From: Longimicrobiales bacterium | GTDB lineage: Bacteria > Gemmatimonadota > Gemmatimonadetes > Longimicrobiales > Gaopeijiaceae | Assembly: GCA_965202985.1 (NCBI GenBank) | Contig: CBDBCF010000002.1 | Location: 448,001 to 512,000, forward strand | DNA length: 64,000 nucleotides | Direction: 5' to 3' | Part shown: positions 1 to 11,957 of the stretch, piece after piece | Layout of the letters: each line of letters starts with the position of its first letter | Position numbering within the stretch: the stretch's first letter is position 1 | Made by a program: the position numbers and the translations under genes | Notes under the pieces: generated by a model | The model's database searches: none | Told to the model about the DNA's origin: nothing | The model's input: only the letters and a program-made list of their open reading frames with translations

Positions 1-16
1 CGGCGACCGGTCCGCG

Positions 17-1045
17 TCACACGGCCCCCGACCGCAGCAGGTCGTGAAGGTGCACGACGCCGACCAGCCCGGCGCTCCCGTCCACCACCGGCATCGCCAT
101 GATCCCGTGCCTCTCCATGCGCCGCACGGCTGCGGCTCCCAGCTCTCCGGGCGTGGAGGTCTTGGGCGAGCGGGTCATGAACCGCGACACCGGCGCGTCC
201 AAAAAGTCCTCCGCGCGCTCCATGAGCCGAGTCAGGTCGCCGGCCGTCACGACGCCCTCGACCTGCCGGTCCGACCCGACGACGGGCACGGTCCCGCGCA
301 TCCGGGCCAGCGGCACGATCACGTCCCGGGCAGGCGTCGCGGGCGGCACGGCGGGATAGTCCTGCGACTCCATGACGTCTGCCACGCGCAAGGTGAGGCG
401 CCGTCCAAGCGAGCCGCCCGGATGGAGGCGGGCAAAGTCCTCCGCGCCGAAGCCGCGTCGGTCCAGGACGGCCACGGCAAGGGCGTCGCCCATGGCCAGC
501 GCCGCCGTGGACGAGGTGGTCGGCGCCAAGCCCATCGGACACGCCTCCGGCCCCGCGCCGCAGTCCAGCACCGCGTCCGCCCGCCGGGCCAGGGGAGAGG
601 CCGGGTCGCCCGCGAGCACCACCACCGGCACCCCCTTCGCCTTTGCGAAGGTCGCCAGGGCGTCCAGTTCCGCCGTGGCGCCGCTCTTCGTGACCAGGAT
701 CATCACGTCCAAAGGGTCCACGATCCCCAGGTCGCCGTGGAGTCCCTCCACCGGATGCAGGAACACCGCCGGCGTGCCGGTAGAGGTCAGCGTGGCCGCA
801 ACCTTCCGAGCGACCAGTCCCGACTTGCCGATCCCCGACGCCACCGCCCTGCCCCGGCACGAAGCCACCAGCTCCACCGAACGCAGGAACTGGTCGTCCA
901 GTCGGTCGGCCAGCGCCGCCACGGCCTCCGCCTCCATCCGCAGCACGCGACGCCCTTCCTCCAGGGCCCGGGACGGCGCAGGCCTGGGCGGGGGCGCGCC
1001 CGGATCAGCCGCCGCGTTCGCGACAGTACTGGCCGACCAGCTCAT
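17..1045 (-). CDS. kdsD: Arabinose-5-phosphate isomerase (KpsF/GutQ; SIS + CBS domains)
   Basis: GIGKSG, HGDLG and APTTSSTA motifs; HPGGSLG followed by a CBS pair; clustered with kdsA/C. Confidence 0.93.
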   Translation of the reverse strand: MSWSASTVANAAADPGAPPPRPAPSRALEEGRRVLRMEAEAVAALADRLDDQFLRSVELVASCRGRAVASGIGKSGLVARKVAATLTSTGTPAVFLHPVEGLHGDLGIVDPLDVMILVTKSGATAELDALATFAKAKGVPVVVLAGDPASPLARRADAVLDCGAGPEACPMGLAPTTSSTAALAMGDALAVAVLDRRGFGAEDFARLHPGGSLGRRLTLRVADVMESQDYPAVPPATPARDVIVPLARMRGTVPVVGSDRQVEGVVTAGDLTRLMERAEDFLDAPVSRFMTRSPKTSTPGELGAAAVRRMERHGIMAMPVVDGSAGLVGVVHLHDLLRSGAV

Positions 1046-1556
1046 CCCACTGCCCCCGCGCTTTCAGCAAGGCTTCCGCGAACTCGCGAACGGCCCCGTC
1101 GCCGCCCTTGCGGCCGCTCTGCCAGACCGCTGCGGCCCGCACCTCGGGCACGCCGTTGGCCACGGTCGCCGGCAGACCCACCTTCCGCAGCACGGGAAGG
1201 TCGGCCAGATCGTCGCCCAGAAGCGCCGTTTCCGGCCAGTCCATGCCGAGGTCGGTCAAGATCTTCTCCACCCAGGGCATCTTGTGCGTGTTCCTGTCCT
1301 GATAGACGTCCGAGATTCCCAGCTCGGCAGCCCGGATGTCGGTGGCGGCCGACACTCTTCCGGACACGATGGCCACGTGCAGTCCGGCTCGCTTCATCAT
1401 GCGCACCGCGATGCCGTCCTCCACGTGAAACTTCTTGAGTTCGACGGAGCTGCCGTCGTCCGCGGCCCCGATGTAGAGACCGCCGTCGGTCATGACGCCG
1501 TCCACGTCCAGTATGACGAGGCGCACTCGCTGCGCCGTTGCTTGAGGCATCTCCAT
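1005..1556 (-). CDS. kdsC: Kdo-8-phosphate phosphatase (HAD family)
   Basis: LDVDGVMTDG, GDDLAD and GGDGAVRE motifs. Confidence 0.93.
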   Translation of the reverse strand: MEMPQATAQRVRLVILDVDGVMTDGGLYIGAADDGSSVELKKFHVEDGIAVRMMKRAGLHVAIVSGRVSAATDIRAAELGISDVYQDRNTHKMPWVEKILTDLGMDWPETALLGDDLADLPVLRKVGLPATVANGVPEVRAAAVWQSGRKGGDGAVREFAEALLKARGQWDELVGQYCRERGG

Positions 1557-1558
1557 CG

Positions 1559-4914
<3,356 letters not shown>

Positions 4915-5009
4915 CTACCGCTGCGCGGGACGGACGGCAACGGCATGGGGTAGTTTGGTTCGTCAAAGGCAAGCCGTTGAAGCAGGACAACTCGAAGGAG
5001 CCAAGCGTC

Positions 5010-6029
5010 ACGTATCGACGATGCCTCGTGTGCGCCGCCGCGTTTCCCCGGAACGAGGACTTGACGCACTTGAGCCTGGGGCGGCGGGTCGCCTTCGATC
5101 CAGAGCGGGGCCGCCTTTGGGTCGTGTGCGGGGCGTGCCAACGATGGTCCTTGGCGCCCCTGGAGTCGCGGTGGGAGGCGCTGGACGAACTGGAACGGCT
5201 GGTCCGGGACCACGGGCGGCTCCTGTCCCAGACCGCCAACGTGGGGCTGTTGCGGGCGCGGAGCCTGGAGGTCGTTCGCGTGGGCCGGGCGCAGCTCCAG
5301 GAAGAAGCTTGGTGGCGCTACGGCCAGGAGCTGCGGCTTCGTCGGAAGCGCTATCGGAAGATGGCGGCGGTCGGAACCGTCACTGCAGCCGGCGTCGTTG
5401 CGGGCTCGTGGGCCACCGGCGGCATGAGCTTCTTCGGCGCATGGCTGGCGTGGAACTACGCCCCCAAACTGGCAACCCGAAGCGCTCGCTGGGTCCGGTT
5501 CGGTTCCGCGGCGTGGCGAGGCCGGGGCCAATGCGCGCGTTGCGGGCGTTCCCTGTCCGAGGTCCGGTTCGCTTGGCTGAACCGCTTGCTGGTAAGTCCG
5601 GGTGGGTGCGCGCCCGAGGTGACCGTGACCTGTCCGGCGTGTCGAGGGCGTCCCGGCGCCGGGATGCTGTTGTCCCGGCCGGAAGGCGCTCGCGTCTTGC
5701 GCCAAGCTCTGGCCTACCATCACTTCGCCGGCGCCCCGGCCCGGCGCGTCGAGAGTGCGGCCCGGCTGGTCGAAGTGGCCGGCGGCCCCGCCAAGCTGCC
5801 GGCGCGCATCTTGGGCGACGGGAAGACGATCCCCGACATGGGACGGACGGGTGCCGTGGCCATGGAGATCGCCGTCCACGAGGAACACGAGCGTCGCTTG
5901 CTCGAGATGGAGCTGGCGGAACTGGAGGCCCACTGGCGACGCGAAGAGGAGCTGGCCGGGATCATCGACGGCGAACTCTCCTCCGCCTCGCTCTCGGCCG
6001 ACCTGCTGCGTCGGCTCCGCTCCGGCTGA
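5010..6029 (+). CDS. Hypothetical protein with four CxxC pairs and a central hydrophobic segment
   Basis: YRRCLVC...VAFDPERGRLWVVCGACQRW...CARC...CPAC; start uncertain (AAGGAG followed by an in-frame ACG at 5010). Confidence 0.7.
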   Translation, partial: TYRRCLVCAAAFPRNEDLTHLSLGRRVAFDPERGRLWVVCGACQRWSLAPLESRWEALDELERLVRDHGRLLSQTANVGLLRARSLEVVRVGRAQLQEEAWWRYGQELRLRRKRYRKMAAVGTVTAAGVVAGSWATGGMSFFGAWLAWNYAPKLATRSARWVRFGSAAWRGRGQCARCGRSLSEVRFAWLNRLLVSPGGCAPEVTVTCPACRGRPGAGMLLSRPEGARVLRQALAYHHFAGAPARRVESAARLVEVAGGPAKLPARILGDGKTIPDMGRTGAVAMEIAVHEEHERRLLEMELAELEAHWRREEELAGIIDGELSSASLSADLLRRLRSG

Positions 6030-6096
6030 GAATGGCTGGCCGGGGCGTCAATCGGCGTTGGGCATGCGCCGCGCCTCCCCGCGGTCTCCGATGCGT

Positions 6097-8049
6097 TCAG
6101 CGCGGACGCAGATGCGCTTCGGCTTCCCAGATGGCGTGCCCGTCCGCTGCGATCTGGCCCGTCCTGATCCGGACGATGTCGTAGCTCGGCAACTGCACAG
6201 GGATCACGCATCCGCCGCCTTCCTTGTAGTGGTGCCGCCACGTGATCAGGCGGAAGGCATGTCGTTCGTGGCCGGCGCCGGCCGAACCGGCGGGAAGCGC
6301 TTGCGGGTCCGCCGGGTGGAAATCGACGTAGAAGCGCGTCGCGGCTTGCCCGTCGCCGCGGCGGCAGCGGCGCTTTACGTAAACGAGCTGGTTGTCGCGC
6401 AAATGCACGTCCCAGGCCGAACGGATCAGCAGTGCGCCCTTATTGTCCTCGTTCTCGCCGGGATCACGGTGACGCAGCAGTGTGCGCAGATGCGGGCCAA
6501 CCGCGTAGGCGCTCTTCTGGCGCTCAACGACGGGTCCAGTGTCCAATAGGAGAGAGTGCCCGAGGGTTTCGTAGGGCAGGAAGCCTGGCCTGGACGTCGG
6601 TCTGTACATCTGGAGTCCCATTTCCCACACGACCGTGACCGCGCCGACGGCCAGCACCGCCAACAGGGCGCGGTAGGCTGGCCGCGAACGCTCGTGCCTG
6701 TCGGGCGGCCGAGCCGCAACGGCGCGCGCCGCGTAGTGGGCGAGCACCACCAGCGCCGGGATCGTGAATCTGATGCTCCATTCGCTGAGGTCCGGTTGTC
6801 CGTACCAGTACCAGGGCGCGACCAGCAATGCGCCGACGGCGGCAACGAACGGCGGGTCCCGGACGACGCGGGGGTCGAGCCGCAGCAGCAGCGCGGCGAG
6901 CACCGCGAACTCGGCCGCGTAGAGCAGCAGGACATCGGCCGCCAGCCGAATCCGGTCGTCGTACAGCTCCCAGAGCCAGCCGCGCTCGAAGTCGACGGCG
7001 CCGCTGGTCATGTACAAAGCGATCAGCGCGGCCAGCGGCACGGCGACGAAGAAGTTCTGCCGGCTCGCTGCGCGACGAGCGTTCGGGTTCTTCGCCAGCA
7101 TCGCCGCGGCCAGCGGCAGCAGGCCCGTGGCGAGCAGCGGCGACCAGAAGAGGCAGCAGGCGAGGACCACGCCGCTCGCCTCCAAGAAGCGGCGGCGCTC
7201 GCGAAGCCGGAGCATGAGCAGCGTGGCCAAGCCCGCCGGAAGGAAGTGCTGCGGCGTAAGCGTGAGAGTCCGGTTGTACGTCTGGTACTCGAGCAGCATC
7301 GGGCTGGCCGACGTTTGCACGAAATCGAGCAGTCGGTTTCGGTTCTGTCCTTGTGGCCAGACCCAGTCCGGGTCGATCTTGTCGCGGAGCATGTGCGCGA
7401 AGTCGGGAACGCCCTGGCGCAGCATCATCTCCACTATGTCCATGCCGCTGAAGAACACCAGGACGGCGACGGCCAGCAGCGCCGCCCGCAGCGTGGGCAG
7501 GCCGCGTGCGAAGAGCAGCACGACCAGGGCCGTGCCGCACCACGTCCACAAGGGCACCGCCCAGTTGAGTGCCGCGGGTCCCAGCCACCGCCCCAGCAGA
7601 ACCGGGACCATGTGCCAGCCCAGGTAGTAGCGCAGCAACGGCGGCGGGTCGTGCAGGTAGTCGACCGGGTACGTGGGCCATCCGCCCCGGGTCAGGTCCA
7701 GAAGGGTGGCCCGGTGCGTGGACCAGTCGTCGGCAACGGTGAAGACCCCGCCTGCCGGCGTCGTGAGAACCCACGCGCCGGCCGCAAGCACCAGCACGAC
7801 CGTGGCGCGGGAAGGCCGGCGCGGGCGCCAAGAGCCCGACAGCGCCTTCCACGCGCCGGCCGCAAGCAGCGCCGTGGCGGGCACGCCCGTCCACCAGTGG
7901 AACCACCCCAGCAGCCACACCGCCACCGGCGCCAGCAGGTAGGCCATCGCCAGCCGGTGCACCAAAGGCAGCTCGCGGGACTCCGTCACCACACCGCCCG
8001 AAGCGCCGCTGAACAACTGCCGACCGTCGCCGGCGTCGCGACGAGTCAT
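6097..8049 (-). CDS. Multi-pass membrane protein, GT-C-like, with C-terminal soluble domain (paralog 3 of 3)
   Basis: Many hydrophobic helices; DWSTH...DL..GWP...LRYY.GW loop after the first helices; ATG overlaps the paralog 2 stop. Confidence 0.75.
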   Translation of the reverse strand: MTRRDAGDGRQLFSGASGGVVTESRELPLVHRLAMAYLLAPVAVWLLGWFHWWTGVPATALLAAGAWKALSGSWRPRRPSRATVVLVLAAGAWVLTTPAGGVFTVADDWSTHRATLLDLTRGGWPTYPVDYLHDPPPLLRYYLGWHMVPVLLGRWLGPAALNWAVPLWTWCGTALVVLLFARGLPTLRAALLAVAVLVFFSGMDIVEMMLRQGVPDFAHMLRDKIDPDWVWPQGQNRNRLLDFVQTSASPMLLEYQTYNRTLTLTPQHFLPAGLATLLMLRLRERRRFLEASGVVLACCLFWSPLLATGLLPLAAAMLAKNPNARRAASRQNFFVAVPLAALIALYMTSGAVDFERGWLWELYDDRIRLAADVLLLYAAEFAVLAALLLRLDPRVVRDPPFVAAVGALLVAPWYWYGQPDLSEWSIRFTIPALVVLAHYAARAVAARPPDRHERSRPAYRALLAVLAVGAVTVVWEMGLQMYRPTSRPGFLPYETLGHSLLLDTGPVVERQKSAYAVGPHLRTLLRHRDPGENEDNKGALLIRSAWDVHLRDNQLVYVKRRCRRGDGQAATRFYVDFHPADPQALPAGSAGAGHERHAFRLITWRHHYKEGGGCVIPVQLPSYDIVRIRTGQIAADGHAIWEAEAHLRPR

Positions 8050-9977
8050 CGCCTCGGTTGCGACGGCGGAGTCGACGTCAGGTGTGCCTCGGCTTCCCAG
8101 ATGGCGTGCCCGTCCGCGGCGATCTGGCCCGTCCTGATCCGGGCGATATCGTAGCTCGGCAGCTGGACCGGGATCACGCATCCGCCACCCTCCTTGCGAT
8201 GCCGCCAGGGAACCAAGCCAACGGCGACTCGTTCGCGGCCGGCGTCGGCCGGACCGGCGGGAAGCGCTTGCGGGTCCGCGGGGTGGAGATCGACGTAGAA
8301 GCGCGTCGCGGCTTGCCCGTCGCCGCTACGGCACCCTTGCTTCTTCACGTAGACGAGATGGTTGTTGCGCAAGTACACGTCCCAGGCCGAGCGGATCAGC
8401 AGCGCGCCCTTCTTGTCTTCGTTCTCGCCCGGATCGCGGTCGCGCAGCAGTGTGCGCAGCTCCGGGCGAACCGCATAGGTGCTCTTCTGGCGCGTCGTCA
8501 GAGAGGTCGTGTGGGTCAGAAGAGAATGGCCGAGAGTCTCGTACGGCTGGAGCGTGGGGTTGTGCATCACGGTGCCCATTTCCCACACGGTTGTGACGGC
8601 GCCGACGGCCAGCACCGCCAAGAGCGCGCGGTAGGCCGGCCGGGCACATGCAAGGTTGCCCGGCGGCCGAGCGGCGACGGCGCACGCCGCGTAGTGGGCG
8701 AGCATCACCAGCGCCGGGATCGTGAACCTGATGCTCCACTCGCTGAGCCGCGAGGCTCCGTACCAGTACCAAGGCGCAACCAGCAACATGGCAATTGTGG
8801 TCGAGAACGTCGGGTCACGGACGACTCGGGGGTCCAGGCGCCATAGCAGTATCGCGAGCACCATGAATTCGGTTGTGTAGAGCAGGAGGACGTCGATCGC
8901 CATGCGGATCCGGTCGTCGTACAGCTCCCAGAGCCAGCCGCGCTCGAAGTCAATGTGGCCGCTGGTCATGTAAAGGGCGATCAGCGCGGCCAGCGGCACG
9001 GCCACGAAGACGTTCCGCCAACTTGCCGCGTGCCGCGCACTCGGGTTCTTGACCAGCATGGCCGCGGCCAGCGGCAGCAGGCCCGTGGCAAGGAGCGGAG
9101 ACCAGAGGAGACAGCAGGCGAGGACGATGCCGCTCGCGCCCAGGAAGCGGCGGCGCTCGCGAAGCCGAAGCATGAGCAGCGTGCCCAAACACGCCGGAAG
9201 GAAGTGATGCGGCGTACTCGAGAGCGTCAGGTGGTGCGACTGGTACTCCAGCGCCATGGGGCTGGCCGACGTTCGCACGAACTCGAGCCGTCTTTCCTGC
9301 CCGGCAGGCGGGACCCACTCCGGGTCGATCCTGTCGAGAAGCATGTGCGCGGCGTCGGGCATGCCTTCGCGCAGTACCAGTTCAACCACGTCCATGCCGC
9401 TGAAGAGCGCCAGGACGGCGACGGCGGCCAGCGCCGCCCGCAACGCGGACAGTCCGCGAGCGAACAGCAGCACGACCAAGGTCGCGCCGCACCATGTCCA
9501 CAACGGCACCGCCCAGTTGAGCGTCGCGGGTCCCAACCACCGCCCCAGCAGAACCGGGACCAGGTGCCAGCCCGGGTAGTAGCGGAGCAGCGGCGGCGAG
9601 TCGTTCAGGTAGTCGACCGGGTACGTGGGCCAGCCGTCGCGAGTCAGGTCCAGAAGGATGGCCCGGTGTGTGGACCAGTCGTCGGCAACGGTGAAGACCC
9701 CGCCTGCCGCCGTCGTGAGAACCCATCCGGCAGCGACAAGTGCGAGTACGACCGTGGTGCGGGAAGGCCGGCGACAACGCCACGAGCCGGACAGCGCCTG
9801 CCATGCGCCGACCGCGAGCAGCGCCGTCGCCGGCACGCCCACCCACCAGTGGAACCACCCCAGCAACCAAACTGCGACCGGTGCCAGCAGATAGGCCACG
9901 GCTAGCCGGTGCACCAACGGCAGCGCACGGGACTTGCTTGACAGTTGCAGACCGTCGCTGGCGTCGCAACGGGTCAT
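8046..9977 (-). CDS. Multi-pass membrane protein, GT-C-like (paralog 2 of 3, most divergent)
   Basis: Colinear with both neighbours over the full length; ATGA overlap with paralog 1. Confidence 0.75.
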   Translation of the reverse strand: MTRCDASDGLQLSSKSRALPLVHRLAVAYLLAPVAVWLLGWFHWWVGVPATALLAVGAWQALSGSWRCRRPSRTTVVLALVAAGWVLTTAAGGVFTVADDWSTHRAILLDLTRDGWPTYPVDYLNDSPPLLRYYPGWHLVPVLLGRWLGPATLNWAVPLWTWCGATLVVLLFARGLSALRAALAAVAVLALFSGMDVVELVLREGMPDAAHMLLDRIDPEWVPPAGQERRLEFVRTSASPMALEYQSHHLTLSSTPHHFLPACLGTLLMLRLRERRRFLGASGIVLACCLLWSPLLATGLLPLAAAMLVKNPSARHAASWRNVFVAVPLAALIALYMTSGHIDFERGWLWELYDDRIRMAIDVLLLYTTEFMVLAILLWRLDPRVVRDPTFSTTIAMLLVAPWYWYGASRLSEWSIRFTIPALVMLAHYAACAVAARPPGNLACARPAYRALLAVLAVGAVTTVWEMGTVMHNPTLQPYETLGHSLLTHTTSLTTRQKSTYAVRPELRTLLRDRDPGENEDKKGALLIRSAWDVYLRNNHLVYVKKQGCRSGDGQAATRFYVDLHPADPQALPAGPADAGRERVAVGLVPWRHRKEGGGCVIPVQLPSYDIARIRTGQIAADGHAIWEAEAHLTSTPPSQPRR

Positions 9978-11905
9978 CGCCCCGGGCGCGACGGCGGATT
10001 CGGCGTCAAGTGCGCCTCGGCCTCCCAGATGGCGTCTCCCTCGGGTCCAGCCTGGCCCGTCCTGATCCGGTCGATGTCGTAGTCGGGAAGCGGGACCGGG
10101 ATCACGCATCCGCCGCCTTCCTTGTAGTGCCGCCACGCCATCAGGCCGAAGGCATGCCGTTCGTGGCCGGCGCCGGCCGAACCGGCGGGAAGCGCATGCC
10201 GGTCCGCCGGGTGGAGATCGACGTAGAAGCGCGTCGCGGCTTGCCCGTCGCCGCGGCGGCAGCGGCGCTTTACGTAAACGAGCCGGTTGTCGCGCAAATG
10301 CACGTCCCAGGCCGAACGGATCAGCAGTGCGCCCTTATTGTCCTCGTTCTCGCCGGGATCACGGTGACGCAGCAGCGCGGCGAGCGGGTCGGGAATCGCG
10401 TAGGTGCTCTTCTGGCGCGTCGTCAGAGGGGTCGTGTGGGTCAGGAGAGAGTGCCCGAGGGTTTCGTAGGGCAGGAAGCCTGGCCTGGACGTCGGTCTGT
10501 ACATCTGGAGTCCCATTTCCCACACGACCGTGACCGCGCCGACGGCCAGCACCGCCAACAGGGCGCGGTAGGCTGGCCGCGAACGCGCGTGCCCGTCGGG
10601 CGGCCGAGCCGCAACGGCGCGCGCCGCGTAGTGGGCGAGCACCACCAGCGCCGGGATCGTGAATCTGATGCTCCATTCGCTGAATTCCGGTCGTCCGTAC
10701 CAGTACCAGGGCGCGACCAGCAATGCGCCGACAGCGGCAACGAACGGCGGGTCCCGGACGACGCGGGGGTCGAGCCGCAGCAGCAGCGCAGCGAGCACCG
10801 CGAACTCGGCCGCGTAGAGCAGCAGGACATCGGCCGCCAGCCGAATCCGGTCGTCGTACAGCTCCCAGAGCCAGCCGCGCTCGAAGTCGACGGCGCCGCT
10901 GGTCATGTACAAAGCGATCAGCGCGGCCAGCGGCACGGCGACGAAGAAGTTCTGCCGGCTCGCTGCGCGACGAGCGTTCGGGTTCTTCGCCAGCATCGCC
11001 GCGGCCAGCGGCAGCAGGCCCGTGGCGAGCAGCGGCGACCAGAAGAGGCAGCAGGCGAGGACCACGCCGCTCGCCTCCAAGAAGCGGCGGCGCTCGCGAA
11101 GCCGGAGCATGAGCAGCGTGGCCAAGCCGGCCGGGACGAAGTGCTGCGGCGTGAGCGCTAGAGTCCGGTTGTACGTCTGGTATTCGAGCAGCATGGGGCT
11201 GGCCGACGTTTGCACGAAATCGAACTGTCGGTTCTGTCCTTGTGGCCAGACCCAGTCCGGGTCGATCTTGTCGCGGAGCATGTGCGCGAAGTCGGGAACG
11301 CCCTGGCGCAGCATCATCTCCACTATGTCCATGCCGCTGAAGAACACCAGGACGGCGACGGCCAGCAGCGCCGCCCGCAGCGTGGGCAGGCCGCGTGCGA
11401 AGAGCAGCACGACCAGGGCCGCGCCGCACCACGTCCACAATGGCACCGCCCAGTTGAGTGCCGCGGGTCCCAGCCACCGCCCCAGCAGAACCGGGACCAT
11501 GTGCCAGCCCAGGTAGTAGCGCAGCAACGGCGGCGGGTCGTGCAGGTAGTCGACCGGGTACGTGGGCCATCCGCCCCGGGTCAGGTCCAGAAGGATGGCC
11601 CGGTGCGTGGACCAATCTTCGGAGATCGCGAACACCCCGCCTGCCGGCGTCGTGAGGACCCACGCGCCGGCCGCAAGCACCAGCACGACCGTGGCGCGGG
11701 AAGGCCGGCGCGGGCGCCAAGAGCCCGACAGCGCCTTCCACGCGCCGGCCGCAAGCAGCGCCGTGGCGGGCACGCCCGCCCACCAGTGGAACCATCCCAG
11801 CAGCCACACCGCCACCGGCGCCAGCAAGTAGGCCATCGCCAGCCGGTGCACCAAAGGCAGCTCGCGGGACTCCGTCACCGCACCGCCCGAAGCGCCGCTG
11901 AACAA
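9974..11905 (-). CDS. Multi-pass membrane protein, GT-C-like (paralog 1 of 3)
   Basis: Near-identical to paralog 3 over long tracts; start is TTG 11905 or GTG 11878. Confidence 0.75.
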   Translation of the reverse strand: MFSGASGGAVTESRELPLVHRLAMAYLLAPVAVWLLGWFHWWAGVPATALLAAGAWKALSGSWRPRRPSRATVVLVLAAGAWVLTTPAGGVFAISEDWSTHRAILLDLTRGGWPTYPVDYLHDPPPLLRYYLGWHMVPVLLGRWLGPAALNWAVPLWTWCGAALVVLLFARGLPTLRAALLAVAVLVFFSGMDIVEMMLRQGVPDFAHMLRDKIDPDWVWPQGQNRQFDFVQTSASPMLLEYQTYNRTLALTPQHFVPAGLATLLMLRLRERRRFLEASGVVLACCLFWSPLLATGLLPLAAAMLAKNPNARRAASRQNFFVAVPLAALIALYMTSGAVDFERGWLWELYDDRIRLAADVLLLYAAEFAVLAALLLRLDPRVVRDPPFVAAVGALLVAPWYWYGRPEFSEWSIRFTIPALVVLAHYAARAVAARPPDGHARSRPAYRALLAVLAVGAVTVVWEMGLQMYRPTSRPGFLPYETLGHSLLTHTTPLTTRQKSTYAIPDPLAALLRHRDPGENEDNKGALLIRSAWDVHLRDNRLVYVKRRCRRGDGQAATRFYVDLHPADRHALPAGSAGAGHERHAFGLMAWRHYKEGGGCVIPVPLPDYDIDRIRTGQAGPEGDAIWEAEAHLTPNPPSRPGR

Positions 11906-11957
11906 CTGCCGACCGTCGCGTTGTCACCGGCCACGAGAGAGAACATCGATCCGACCA

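Larger units (their letters stand above)
6097..11920. repeat. Tandem triplication of a ~1.93-1.95 kb gene unit
   Basis: Direct DNA repeats, e.g. 6556-7200 matches 10451-11095 with only scattered substitutions. Confidence 0.95.

Noticed and set aside
6097..11905. Diversity-generating retroelement behind the paralog variation
   Set aside because: Substitutions involve all four bases rather than adenines only, tracts are shared between copies, and there is no reverse transcriptase in the window.
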